NCBI GenBank assembly: GCA_032718475.1 | Contig: JAUCBJ010001199.1 | Coordinates: 1 to 37,544, forward strand | From: Nemertoderma westbladi | Taxonomy: Eukaryota > Animalia > Xenacoelomorpha | Direction of reading: 5' to 3' | Length of the DNA: 37,544 nt | Part shown: in pieces, positions 22,190 to 35,749 of the stretch | Position numbering within the stretch: position 1 is the stretch's first letter | How the letters are laid out: each line of letters opens with the position of its first letter | Notes under the pieces: generated by a model | The model's database searches: none | What the model saw: the letters and a program-made list of their open reading frames with translations, nothing else | What the model was told of the DNA's origin: nothing | Position numbers and translations under genes: made by a program

Positions 22190-22235
22190 TTTTGCATACG
22201 TGTTTCGCCAAGATTTGGCTCATCAGCTACACTAA
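22190..22235 (-). ncRNA. Minimal type I hammerhead ribozyme motif (Penelope-type), probably degenerate
   Basis: Minus strand reads GTGTAG CTGATGA GCCAA-ATC-TTGGC GAAAC AC GTA TGCA: conserved core and perfect stem II, weak stems I and III. Confidence 0.7.
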
Positions 22236-22750
22236 CCCGTGCAGGACATATGTTAATCAAACTAACTACACCAAAAACCAGCTAAACCGTGGGTACCTAA
22301 GCTGTACCAAGTCATCTGGCGTCTCTGTTTAGACAATCGCCAATTCTCCTCACTCAATTGTTCTCCCCGGACACCATCGTCCAACCTTCTCACCTCCTCC
22401 TCACCTCACTAGCCCCATAGGACTCATCCTCCCCTCTGCTCGCTCCCCCACACTCGGAAAATGCACCTCTTACTTTTCCTCCAAACTCCAGCACTTCCTC
22501 CCCATGCTCATCTCATACTCAACCCTTTTTATTCTCACTCTACACACCTGTGGTCCCATCAAGTGTCCCTCGTACTCATACCCCCGGTAGCGCCTGTCTG
22601 GACAATTCTTAATCCGCAGGATGTGAGCTCTCACAATAAAACCTACTCTCCGCCCTGTTGTTCAATGACCCCACAATCTGGGTTGGCCTACCCCTCTACT
22701 CTTCCTTCCATGTGTTTCCCTAATACGTCCGTTAACCCTCAACCATGACT
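22236..22750 (-). pseudogene. Degraded 3' end of a Penelope-like element
   Basis: Minus strand gives VRRIGDCLNRDAR*LGTA*VP, resembling the LNRDxG...W.P end of the PLE GIY-YIG domain, followed by the hammerhead. The upstream boundary is approximate. Confidence 0.55.
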
Positions 22751-23221
22751 CTAGCTAGACTCTATATGGTCCCATTGACCCGGCATTATTACGTTTTTTA
22801 ACATATATACATGTACTTATATACGTATTACTTATTCTGACAATGGATCCTCCTTGGTATTGTGGGCTCAAATGTTCCCCAGAGCGATACAGAGATGGGG
22901 CAGACCTGTCGACATCAATTACAATGTCAGGTGGAAGGCTGTCAATGGGAGGATGATGGCATGGTTAAACAGATCCTACTATAGATCCGCTATTGGGATT
23001 GGTGGCACATTAAGTCAGCAAGTTGAGGGCGGAAACGTCCTTGACTTGTCCTATCTGTCATTAGCCAAGGCAAGTTATAAGCCGCACTACACCATGGACT
23101 CTTCACAGCTGTTAAACACTCGGAGACTCTTGTTCTAGAGATCAGATCCAATATTGCTCAAACCCTTTATTTCAACTAGGCCTAATATTATTGGAAAATA
23201 ATTTAATAAAATAATTGAATT

Positions 23222-23575
23222 CCCAGCAAAGTCACATCCTTCGAAATTGCTACTAATATGCTGCTAATTTGATCGAAATAAATTTGCTTCGAAATTATCA
23301 GCATTTTCGCCGTCTAAATTGTCTGATAATTCAGTCTACAATTCGTAGGATAAATTATCCTTCTAAACGAAGGATAAATTTGAAGACTATTCGAAGATTC
23401 TGAAGATTTAGCTAGTTTTTAGCCGGCAAATAGAAGGATAAATATGCCTACTATTCGCCAGATATATTATCCTTCTAAACAAAGGATAAATTTGTAGACT
23501 TTTCGAAGGGTGGGTGAATTGATAATTTTTATCCTTCGTTTAGAATGATAATTTATGCTGCTATTCGAAGATAAT
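23222..23575. repeat. Array of palindromic repeats, possibly the end of a non-autonomous CMC/EnSpm-like element
   Basis: Starts CCCAGCAAA, with repeated TTATCCTTCTAAACGAAGGATAA in both orientations. Confidence 0.5.
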
Positions 23576-23591
23576 ACTACAGATAAGATAA

Positions 23592-26400
23592 TACTGCTAG
23601 ATAATCCGCATCTTTAAGGCCAGTGTCCTTTAAGATGCGTCTCAAGAAAGTCATGGGCTGTCCACCATGCTTATTCACTCCATGAGGCTGCCAAAGTACA
23701 AGATTATGCACTGGCTGGTCCTCACGGCGAAAGCAATGTCCTGCAAAGCGGAGGCGATTTTGTTCTAGTGTCAAGCTTGGGGGAACCAATGAGACACCTC
23801 CAATGTTATATAGTGTCTGGTTGGAGATGTGTGCATTGTACTTGACACAATGAACCCGGCGTAGCATTCTTGTGAATGTGCCATCCAGAGATTTGGTGTC
23901 CTCAGCAGTTAGAGCCCAGCATGGACTCCCGTAGAGGAGTACTGGAACTACTGCTGCTCTAAATAATCGGACCTTAAGTTTCCGATTAATTCTCGGTGAC
24001 TTCCAAATCCTGGAAAGCCTATTCAATGCTGCCCATGCCTTTCCCTTACGTATTCGAAGGTCCTCACCTGACTTCCGGATCCATGATCCCAGGTAACAGA
24101 AGTCGTCCACATGCTCAAGCATACCATCCTTTGAGCTTATGCTCATCCGATCACAGACTTGCTGAGGACTTTCTAAGTTAACTGTCAGAATTTTGGTCTT
24201 TCTGGAGTTAATAAAAAGACCAACACTAGAAGCAGCATGTTCTAATGAGCTGAGGAGCCGTTGGGCTCCCTCTAATGATTCTGAGAGTACTCCTAAGTCA
24301 TCAGCAAAGTCTAGATCAGTTAGGTACTTGGCAGGATTTCCTCGACTTCTGGAGCCAGTAGGTGGAGTTATCATCACCCCATCATCATTATAATGATCTA
24401 AGGACATGCGTAGAACATAGTCAACCACAATAATTAACAAGAATGGTGCAAGTGTGTCTCCTTGGAGGACGCCCCATAACACTTCAAATGGTTCTGTGTC
24501 ACCGTCAACAGTAGACACAAATGTTGTCGAACCATCATATACTGATATGATTGCTGCAATAATTTCATCAGGAATCCCATATAATGAAAGTATGCTGAAC
24601 ATACGTGAGCGAGAGACTGAATCAAAGGCCTTGAAGAAGTCAACAAAGATAACAGCCAGATGCCTGTCTTTCTTTTTTGATAACTCTTCAATTATCCTTC
24701 TAAGTGCCAAAATGGGCTCCATGGTCCCACGACCTTTACGGAACCCATTCTGATTTCCACGGAGCAGTCTCTCAATGGGATCCCTGATGCGATTTAATAG
24801 AATCCTATTGTATAGCTCTGCAGCAATCGAGATCAATGAGATTCCCCGAAAAGAACCATAGAGTGTTAGGTTGCCCTTCTTGGGAACTGGCACCAACTTA
24901 TTTGTTTTCATTTCTTGTGGGACTCTTGTTGTTCGGTACATGTCTACTATGATGGGATAGATGAGCTTTAAACACTCAGGTATTTTAAAGACCTCAGGGG
25001 GAACACCATCTACTCCACTGGCACGATTGGTCTTAATGCTCTTTGCAGCAGCCTTCACTTCTGCAAAGGAGATATCGCCAATGGGAATATCTGGGAGTAC
25101 AGACTCAGACACTTTTACTTCTATAAAGTTATCAGGCAATACCCTGTCATTATTGAGGAGCTTTTCAAAGTGGGCTTTCCAACCATTGAGGCGATCGGCT
25201 GGTGATTCAGCCTTAACCTTGGTGGTTGGTTGGCTTTTCCGCCCAGTAAGCAGATTGATCGATTTCCATGCCTGGGATGATTGCCTGCTGTCATCAGCAT
25301 CATTGATGGCATCAACCTGTTGGTTTATTATCTCCTGTAGATTAGCAGAGTACTGCCTGTTCAGGGACCTAGATGCAGCCTTAACTGCATTCTTGGCCGC
25401 TGTAGTCTGTTTGAGTCGTGACTCTTTCTGCGCCTTATGAAGGTCATTTCGGCACTTCTGAATTTTGTTGTCAGTCCAGGGGGCCCTTTTCCTGTTTCGA
25501 GGGTATACAGGAACTGTTTCTGCAGCTGCTAACTTAACTGCTTCTGTAAAGGCAGTATAGCCCTCACAGTGATCTGCAGCCTCAGAGGCAAGAGCCTCAT
25601 ACCTGTTGCTCGGCTGTAGTGTGAAGCTGGATCTCACACTTGGCTGTTGCAACAGAGAGGACCAGTCATGCCGCGGCAAGGCAGATTTTGTTGTTCTGCT
25701 AGCACGCAGACTAAGTCTTACCTTGGCCACAATAAGGCGGTGATCACTGGAGAAGGGTCGAAGTGTAAATGCATTACAGTCTTGTATAGAGCTCCTGTAT
25801 TTCCTACGAAACAGAATATGGTCTATCTGGGACTTGTGACCACTGGGTCCACTATGAGTCCATAGCTTTCCAGTTCGCTTCTTGAACTGGGTTCCAGCCG
25901 AAAACAATCCATTTCCAGAGATAAAATCCTGAAGATGGACAGAATTTCGGTTAACACTATTGCTATAGACCCAGGGCGATGTAGGTGATTGATGCAGACT
26001 TGCATTAAAGTCTCCCAGGAATGTTAAGAATGCATGCTGATCCACTCTATCAGTAGCTGCTTGTAGATTGTGGTAGAAATTTTCCACCTCCTCTACAGGG
26101 GCAACACTAGTTGGAGAGTAGCACACAATCAGAACCACCTTAGGAAACTTCTTAGCCAGTCTTCCAGAACATGAGAAGTGGCAACGGATGATGCGGTTAG
26201 AGATTTGGTCTATTTTGTCCAATGCTGCATGTGCAGTTGGATTCAACAATAGACCAATTCCACCATTGCCACTATCATCTGCTGACGCGAGGGCGAGTCG
26301 CCAACCACCCCCCATGTCCTTAATCAGAACCTCATCAGTCTGTCCAGTCTGCATTCGGTGCTCTTGAACACCCACTGCGCTAAGAGAAAGCTTATCTAGT
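23592..26400 (-). mobile_element. RTE-clade LINE, single APE-RT ORF open for about 930 codons, truncated at both ends
   Basis: Motifs GVQEHR, CYSPT, GDFNA, QIDHIL, SDHRL, FRGISL, QNGFR, DFFKAFDSV, GVLQGDTLAP, DLDFADD, YLGS, LLYGS..W. Confidence 0.96.
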
Positions 26401-26433
26401 ATTACAGTACTATTGTAGTATTAATTAGTATAG

Positions 26434-29400
26434 TACTATTGCTGCTGTAGTATTACTACAGCTAGCATTACTTGCAATTTAGCTATAATATATATTTGTA
26501 TTAGTATATAGTACTATAGCTATAGTACTGTAGCTATGTTAAATCATGGAAACCGGGCATTAGTTGTTGATTTATTAGATTAATTTAAAGTACCACCATA
26601 CCACTACCTGGGTGGTTGGGTGCCTTCCAGTGCACAATTCCACTGCTTCCAAACCACAGAACCAATACTGGTGGCCTAACAGCCTAAGTATTGGCCTATC
26701 ATGTACTGAACTGATATAGCATAGAAGCTACAGGTAGACAGGCCTATGTTTACAAAGTACTTACGCTTACACCTAAAATCAAAGCAATTAATTAATATAA
26801 ATATAGGGTTACAGTATGCTACATTTGCTACCTGCCTTAGGCCTAAAAACAAATATAAAGAAAAGTGCGATTGATCTACATTCAGACCATTAGCTATATA
26901 TATAAAATAACACAATACCCAAACACAGAACAGTAATAATGTAAAGAATATTGTTGTTGGTTTGCTTATAGGCAGTGCAGGCATAACATGTATCCAAATG
27001 ATAGCTTTAGCCAATCAATGAAGGGCGCTGTAAAAGCTATCTGCTGGTGAGTCATTAGTAGCAGAGTGGAATTATTTGGTGTAACCATCGAAATTCATAG
27101 GCTCTTCATGAAGGTAGAGAAGTTAACTAATATTGGTTAAATGTAATACAACAGGTTCTATAGGGAGATAGTATAGAACACAGTAGTTTGGTAGGACAGC
27201 TGAGTTTGTGGAGAGAGATGGGGGTGAGGAGTAGGACAGCTGTGGGTAGTAGTTATTCGCTGATTGTCAAAGGATTCGCTGGTCCACTAGGATACAGTGC
27301 TTTAGATCCACAATAATTTTTTTTGTCCGTTGAATTTACTCATTATGTCCGCTGATTTTGACTTTTTATGTCCGCGGAAATTGCTACCGGTAATGCTGTG
27401 GAGCAGTATATTGTAGGTATAAAGCCTTAGAATTATACTGTATTATACTACATTAGATTTGGATTAGAGGAATGGTGGTTCTGAGTTATCAGCAATTGAT
27501 TAATGTATCATAAGTAGTAATGATTTTATTTAAGGGTAGTATTTTTATAAAAATATTTTGAAGAATTTGAAGATTGAGAGGTTGAGACCTGATTCAAATC
27601 CCAACTCAATGCATTAATATCTCGTCTCTGTTAAAACTAACTATTTAGGGATAGGTGCAGGTTACAGTGGTACATTCTAGCCTAAAAACAATAAACTAAA
27701 GTCAATATACAGTAATTGATCGATACAGTTATGCAGTATATTGTAGGTATAAAGCCTTACAATTTATACTGTATTATACTACAATATATTTGGATTAGAG
27801 GAATAATGGTGGTTCTGTGTTAATCAACAATTTATTATTGTATCATAAGTAATAATGATTTGATTTTAAGGGATGTATTTTTATAAAAATATTATGAAGA
27901 ATTAGAAAAATTGTAATTAATGGATCTGGTGCAACTTCTTTACCGCTGCGTTCTACTGCGTGGTTTCGGTACACAATAGCTCCAAGCCGAGGATACAACG
28001 TCAGTGTGTAATATAATTACTAATGAAACCCTTTATACACTAATCAATGAATCGTGAGCCCCATTACCCTATTACACTATAATACAACAGAATTACATAA
28101 AAACCCACTGCGCGTTCAAAGTTCCCTAATATTTTATGCAACTGATCTCAATCGACGGGTCGTACGGATGTTTTTGTTTAAATGTCAATTTCATTTAAAT
28201 AGTTGCTAAATTATATTTACAAAATTCAATAATGCCAAACTTCGACAATACAGATTGTTATTGAACAGGCTCTAACTGCTGAGGACACCAAATCTCTGGA
28301 TGGCACATTCACAAGAATGCTACGCCGAAAACTGCGTATTCCCGGCTGTGTCGAAAATTGTATAACAGGGAGATAAACAGGGGGAACAAAAATAGTTTTT
28401 CCGACACATCGTCACACCCATTCCTACACCCTCCTTCAGTATTACTATTGCTGCTGTAGTATTACTACGGCTAGCGTTACTTGCAATTTAGCTATAATAT
28501 ATATTTGTATTAGTATATAGTAGGTACTATAGCTATAGTACTGTAGCTATGTTAAATCATGGAAACCGGGCATTAGTTGTTGATTTATTAGATTAATTTA
28601 AAGTACCACCATACCACTACCTGGGTGGTTGGGTGCCTTCCAGTGCACAATTCCACTGCTTCCAAACCACAGAACCAATACTGGTGGCCTAACAGCCTAA
28701 GTATTGGCCTATCATGTACTGAACTGATATAGCATAGAAGCTACAGGCAGACAGGCCTATGTTTACAAAGTACTTACGCTTACACCTAAAATCAAAGCAA
28801 TTAATTAATATAAATATACGGTTACAGTATGCTACATTTGCTACCTGCCTTGCTGCCTTAGGCCTAAAAACAAATATGAAGAAAAGTGCGATTGATCTAC
28901 ATTCAGACCATTAGCTATCTATATATAAAATAACGCAATACCCAAACCCAGAACAGTAATAATGTACAGAATATTGTTGTTGGTTTGCTTATAGGCAGTG
29001 CCTGCAGGCATAACATGTATCCAAATGATAGCTTTAGCCAATCAATGAAGGGCGCTGTAAAAGCTATCTGCTGGTGAGTCATTAGTAGCAGAGTGGAATT
29101 ATTTGGTGTAACCATCGAAATTCATAGGCTCTTCATGAAGGTAGAGAAGTTAACTAATATTGGTTAGATGTAATACAACAGGTTCTATAGGGAGATAGTA
29201 TAGAACACAGTAGTTTGGTAGGACAGCTGAGTTTGTGAGAGAGATGGGGGTGAGGAGTAGGACAGCTGTGGGTAGTAGTTATTCGCTGATTGTCAAAGGA
29301 TTCGCTGGTCCACTAGGATACAGTGCTTTAGATCCACAATAATTTTTTTTGTCCGTTGAATTTACTCATTATGTCCGCTGATTTTGACTTTTTATGTCCG

Positions 29401-32133
29401 CGGAAATTGCTACCGGTAATGCTGTGGAGCAGTATATTGTAGGTATAAAGCCTTAGAATTATACTGTATTATACTACATTAGATTTGGATTAGAGGAATG
29501 GTGGTTCTGAGTTATCAGCAATTGATTAATGTATCATAAGTAGTAATGATTTTATTTAAGGGTAGTATTTTTATAAAAATATTTTGAAGAATTTGAAGAT
29601 TGAGAGGTTGAGACCTGATTCAAATCCCAACTCAATGCATTAATATCTCGTCTCTGTTAAAACTAACTATTTAGGGATAGGTGCAGGTTACAGTGGTACA
29701 TTCTAGCCTAAAAACAATAAACTAAAGTCAATATACAGTAATTGATCGATACAGTTATGCAGTATATTGTAGGTATAAAGCCTTACAATTTATACTGTAT
29801 TATACTACAATATATTTGGATTAGAGGAATAATGGTGGTTCTGTGTTAATCAACAATTTATTATTGTATCATAAGTAATAATGATTTGATTTTAAGGGAT
29901 GTATTTTTATAAAAATATTATGAAGAATTAGAAAAATTGTAATTAATGGATCTGGTGCAACTTCTTTACCGCTGCGTTCTACTGCATGGTTTCGGTACAC
30001 AATAGCTCCAAGCCGAGGATACAACGTCAGTGTGTAATATAATTACTAATGAAACCCTTTATACACAATCAATGAATCGTGAGCCCCATTACCCTATTAC
30101 ACTATAATACAACAGAATTACATAAAAACCCACTGCGCGTTCAAAGTTCCCTAATATTTTATGCAACTGATCTCAATCGACGGGTCGTACGGATGTTTTT
30201 GTTTAAATGTCAATTTCATTTAAATAGTTGCTAAATTATATTTACAAAATTCAATAATGCCAAACTTCGACAATACAGATTGTTATTGAACAGGCTCTAA
30301 CTGCTGAGGACACCAAATCTCTGGATGGCACATTCACAAGAATGCTACGCCGAAAACTGCGTATTCCCGGCTGTGTCGAAAATTGTATAACAGGGAGATA
30401 AACAGGGGGAACAAAAATAGTTTTTCCGACACATCGTCACACCCATTCCTACACCCTCCTTCAGTATTACTATTGCTGCTGTAGTATTACTACGGCTAGC
30501 ATTACTTGCAATTTAGCTATAATATATATTTGTATTAGTATATAGTAGGTACTATAGCTATAGTACTGTAGCTATGTTAAATCAAGGAAACCGGGCATTA
30601 GTTGTTGATTTATTAGATTAATTTAAAGTACCACCATACCACTACCTGGGTGGTTGGGTGCCTTCCAGTGCACAATTCCACTGCTTCCAAACCACAGAAC
30701 CAATACTGGTTGCCTAACAGCCTAAGTATGGCCTATCATGTACTGAACTGATATAGCATAGAAGCAACAGGCAGACAGGCCTATGTTTACAAAGTACTTA
30801 CGCTTACATCTAAAATCAAAGCAATTAATTAATATAAATATACGGTTACAGTATGCTACATTTGCTACCTGCCTTGCTGCCTTAGGCCTAAAAACAAATA
30901 TGAAGAAAAGTGCGATTGATCTACATTCAGACCATTAGCTATCTATATATAAAATAACGCAATACCCAAACCCAGAACAGTAATAATGTACATAATATTG
31001 TTGTTGGTTTGCTTATAGGCAGTGCCTGCAGGCATAACATGTAACCAAATGATAGCCAAGAATTTAGCCAATCAATGAAGGCCGCTGTAAAAGCTATCTG
31101 CTGGTGAGTCATTAGTAGCAGAGTGGAATTATTTGGTGTAACCATCGAAATTCATAGGCTCTTCATGAAGGTAGAGAAGTTAACTAATATTGGTTAGATG
31201 TAATACAACAGGTTCTATAGGGAGATAGTATAGAACACCTTTGGTAGGACAGCTGAGTTTGTGAGAGAGAGATGGGGGTGGGGTGTGGAGCGGCCGTGGG
31301 TAGCAGTTATTCACTGATTGTCAAAGGATTCGCTGGTCCACTAGGTATACAGTGCTTTAGATCCACAATAATTTTTTTTGTCCGTTGAATTTACTCATAA
31401 TGTCCGCGGATTTTGACTTTTTATGTCCGCGGAAATTGCTACCGGTAATGCTGTGGAGCAGTATATTGTAGGTATAAAGCCTTATAATTATACTGTATTA
31501 TACTACATTAGATTTGGATTAGAGGAATGGTGGTTCTGAGTTATCAGCAATTGATTAATGTATCATAAGTAGTAATGATTTTATTTAAGGGTAGTATTTT
31601 TATAAAAATATTTTGAAGAATTTGAAGATTGAGAGGTTGAGACCTGATTCAAATCCCAACTCAACGCATTAATATCTCGTCTCTGTTAAAACTAACAATT
31701 TAGGGATAGGTGCAGGTTACAGTGGTACATTCTAGCCTAAAAACAATAAACTAAAGTCAATATACAGTATTTGATCGATACAGTTATTATTCAGATGTTA
31801 TTTGCGTCTATTTTCCATTCCACTGGAGAGGGATGAATTTTGATTTTTTGAATTAATTCATTATGTCCGGTGATTTTATCTTTTTATGTCCGCGGAAATT
31901 GCTACCGGTAATGCCGCTCACTTAGGCTATTTGTATGGAGCAGTATATTGTAGGTATAAATAAAGCCTTACAATTAATTATACTGTATTATACTACAATA
32001 TATTTGGATTAGAGGAATAATGGTGGTTCTGTGTTAATCAACAATTTATTAATGTATCATAAGTTGTAATGATTTGATTTTAAGGGATGTATTTTTATAA
32101 AAATATTATGAAGAATTAGAAAAATTTTAATTA
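26434..32133. repeat. Tandem repeat of a composite ~2.0-kb unit, about 2.8 copies (starts 26434, 28443, 30468)
   Basis: Near-identical sequence at offsets 2009 and 2025. The third copy is more divergent and has about 170 extra bp near 31790-31940. Confidence 0.96.
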
Positions 32134-33500
32134 ATGAGGATGAATTGCGCCCACCACCCCCATATTTTTCATATTGTACTGTATTTGTAACCAAGTAACA
32201 TAAATCGTGACCAAAGAGCCAGAACAACACTCACCAAAAAATGTGGTTTTCAGAAAAATGCAAAAAACCTTCTCATTTCCCTCTATATGGATCCCATCTC
32301 GTCTCCCGCTGCAACTATGCAACCACATTACGTACCGGCCTAATTTTTATTGAGAATTAGCCAAATTTAATGCCGCATATTTTGCAAAAACCGACATTGC
32401 AATTGGATTTCAACTTTTCGATGTGGGTGCCACCTCAATTTTTTTTGAAAATTTTTTGAAATTTTCGAATTTTACAAAGTCATTCGTGATTTAGTAATTA
32501 TTTATGTTTGGGCTATTTTTATTTATTTTTATTGGTTTGGATCACTCTAATGCTCTTTACAAGTGTAGTGGTACGTCATTTTTGGAGCACCAAAATTAGG
32601 GCGTGGCACTTTAAAATTTCAAAATTACTTTATTCGGATTATTACTTTATCCGAAGCATTTTTATTGGTTTTCTGGAGCGCTGAATCGATTGAAAGTAAT
32701 ATGGAAACCTGAAGACTTAGTGGTTCGCCATTTTTGGTGCACCAAAATTTTTCATTTCATTTTTCAAAATTAGAAGTGCCACGTCCTAATTTTGGTACAT
32801 CAAAAATGGCTAACCTCTAAGTCTTCAGGATTCAGCGGTCTAGAAAACGTATATAAATGCGTTAAAATTTCAATTTTGGTTTATTTTCCGAATCTCGAAT
32901 TTTTCAAAATTCGAAGTGCCACGCCCTAATTTTGGTGCACCAAAAATGGCGAACCACTAAGTCTTCAGGCTTCTATATTACTTTCAATCGATTCAGCAGC
33001 CCAGAAAACCTATAAAGATGCGTTGAAATAAAAAATTAGGGGCATTTTCTGGATATCTAATTTTACAAAATTTGCGAAGTGCCACGCCCACTTCTTAGGT
33101 GCACGAAAAATAGCATCCACTTCAATTTTTGGAAATGGAATATAATCACATTCAATTCAGCATCTTGAAAAACCTACAAAATCTAGCCAACACTGCCACA
33201 CTATTAGTTTTTAGAAAACGAAAAATTTTGTCATTTTGTCCTGGGACTACTTTTATTTTTCATCAAAATTATGATTCCCTGCTTATGAAATTTTAACTTT
33301 TTAAGGTTTGGTAGTGTTCATCTAGTTGTTTCACCAACAGCCCAAATTTTGTAGGAATTCATTGGACGATTACAAAAATATAGTGGGTGAGCCGATTTCG
33401 TACCCATCACCAAAAAGTACAAGTTGGAGATGTCCAGTACGGTTTTTATTGATTCCATCGCATTCAGGACCACCATAAACCCGTACAACGCAAGAAACAA
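32134..33500. mobile_element. Foldback-like non-autonomous element with ~150-bp modules in direct and inverted orientation
   Basis: GAAGTGCCACGCCCTAATTTTGGTGCACC module near 32772, 32913 and 33077, inverted at about 32575-32750. Related to 8720-9188. Boundaries are approximate. Confidence 0.6.
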
Positions 33501-33771
33501 GATTAAACTATCTATTTATCAATTTGCTTATTTTCAAAATTTTGTGCTGGCACAACAATTTTTACCCTCCGGCGAAAAATTCACTGTTTTAGCATCTCCC
33601 CTGAGATGTGTTGTTAAACCATCTCGGCTAACATTGCTTCACCTCATAAATGTATCAACTTAATATGTAATTGGTAATTTATTAATGATCCCATTTAATT
33701 TGATATAACAGATTGATGATTATTGATTGTGATTATAATATAATTAAATAAATTGGGAGTTGATTGACCAA

Positions 33772-34726
33772 TTACTCCATAAATAGAGGAGTGTCAGTAC
33801 CTCCTCCAGATGTAGGCAGCATTGCCGCACGTATAGCGTCGTTAACACCGTTGGGAATGGGACTCTCATCGATGCGATGGCTCACGACAATGCGACCAGC
33901 GCATGCGCAAGGCAGAGTTATCGCGTCCTTCGCTACGAACAACTTCGTCAGCTGATGGCTGACTAACCGAGTCGTGGGTTCCGGGAACTCCGGTATGTCT
34001 GGGACCACCCACATATCCATCCAGGGCCCATCCGTGACCGCGTTTCTTCTTTAGGCAACCGCACGCGGGGTATTTCTCTTGTCGCAGAGGCCGCCCACCC
34101 CCACAAACGTTTGGTGAAACCGTCGGAGTGAAAAAATTCACTCCGACAGAAGGATAAGAGAACCCGCGAATACTGTCGTCATCCGGGGGGGATGTGTCTA
34201 TCGGTATCCACTTTCAAAGTCGTCAATATAAAAGGGTTGTTGTAATTGTTGGCCTGCATACACTGCCGTTAAAGAACGGCTCCCGGATCGCAACAATGTT
34301 GCCGATGGACCCCCACATGTCCAAATCCCGCAAAAGTTTGGAACTGGGTCTGATTATATAGAAGACGATGTCCGAGGCAATGTCACCGAACATCAGCAAT
34401 GAGTTATAGGCGTCAGCTTTAGCCGTAAACTTACCACCGCTGAACACTTGCATCGACACTTAGCAACCTTCTTGACGTTGAGGAGACAACAATATAAGAC
34501 GGAGTTTCTGTTACAGAACTTAAATCCTGGCGCCATCACGGTTCCCAGAGCAACTGGTTTGAGTTCGTCTTGCGGTTGTCCCACAGCGGGTTGCAGTTGT
34601 CCGAGAGCGGGTTCTGGTTGGTTGCCCGGCAGCAGGTTGTGGTGGACCGGTATCGGGTTGATGTTGTCCGGGATGTTCACCAACGAGATGAGAGCGGGTT
34701 GATGTTGATTTGCTATATTTTGGCAA
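33772..34726 (-). pseudogene. Frameshifted gene of unknown family in a GC-rich island
   Basis: Five overlapping minus-strand ORFs join, with several frameshifts and stops, into about 310 codons including GNIVAIREPF and NVCGG...RQ....CGC. Confidence 0.55.
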
Positions 34727-35433
34727 ATAATATTTTCCTATTAAACGAACACTACGATATTGAGCATTGTAAACTATTATCTTTATTAATATGTTTGCTT
34801 ATAGCCCAGATGTTTGCCTATATACTGTACTGTATGTTGTTAAAGCCCTTGCGCATTTGAATTATTTTTATTTGAAACTAAGTATGCTTTCCCGTTTTTT
34901 TAATGTCATATTTTTTTTTTATTTTATTTTAATATAATTCAATTATATTTACTTAATAATTAATATGTACCAACTGTTTATGTATGTACTGTAATTAGTA
35001 ATTAACTACAATTTTAATTATTTTACTAATTATACTGTAGTCAGTCATTGTGTGTGTATACCATTACATGTATTAAAATTATAACAGTACGAGGCCATTC
35101 TGGCTTATTAGAGTACTTTGCCAGATATGTTCATAATTGTCTTTCTACTGTAAGTGCAAAATTCAATATTTTATTGTTATTCTGGTGATATTAACCCTTT
35201 GGTGCGCTTTTTTTTAGGTTAGATAAACTGAAAACAGTCTAAAAGAACACATTAATGCCAAAAAATATATTTTTTTTATTATTTGAATATTTTTAATGAA
35301 TGTTGTTCAGGAACAACAATGAGCATTAATGGTAGCAATAATATTTGGTAAAATAGTATCAGTTTCATCTTCCCCACTATCATTACTATCTGGTATGACA
35401 ATTGAATACACCTTCTCTTTGTTCTGATACCAA

Positions 35434-35622
35434 ACTACTACTACTACGAGCTGGAGCTTGGAGCTGCATTTTTAATGCTTTGCCGGCTTGTCGACAAAAT
35501 TTCGCCGCCACAACTCCCAATCACCCATGACATTAGCTAGATCATCCGCATCGTCAAACCCAGTGTCCTTTAAGAAGCGTCTCAATAAATTCATGGGCTG
35601 TCCACCATGCTTCTTCATTCCA
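35434..35622 (-). mobile_element. 5'-truncated RTE copy with (TAG)n tail
   Basis: Similar to 17064-17253. Encodes ADDLANVMGDWELWRRNFVDKPAKH*. Confidence 0.88.
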
Positions 35623-35749
35623 ATAGTCTGTCAAATTCCTTTAGTTGGCCGGGCTGTGCAGTGCAGCTTGGGCCATTTTATCGTGCATTCTAATTGATCA
35701 TAAAAATAATTGCGAATTATTTTTGACCAAAATTGTGTACCCACCTTAA

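Noticed and set aside
22854-23138. 94-aa plus-strand ORF
   Set aside because: TTG start and no recognisable similarity; it cannot be supported without a search.
3062-25865. Many plus-strand ORFs overlapping LINE, RTE and Merlin coding regions
   Set aside because: Antisense shadows of well-supported minus-strand genes.
26676-31145. Short hydrophobic ORFs in the tandem unit
   Set aside because: Frames differ between copies through indels, consistent with non-coding sequence.
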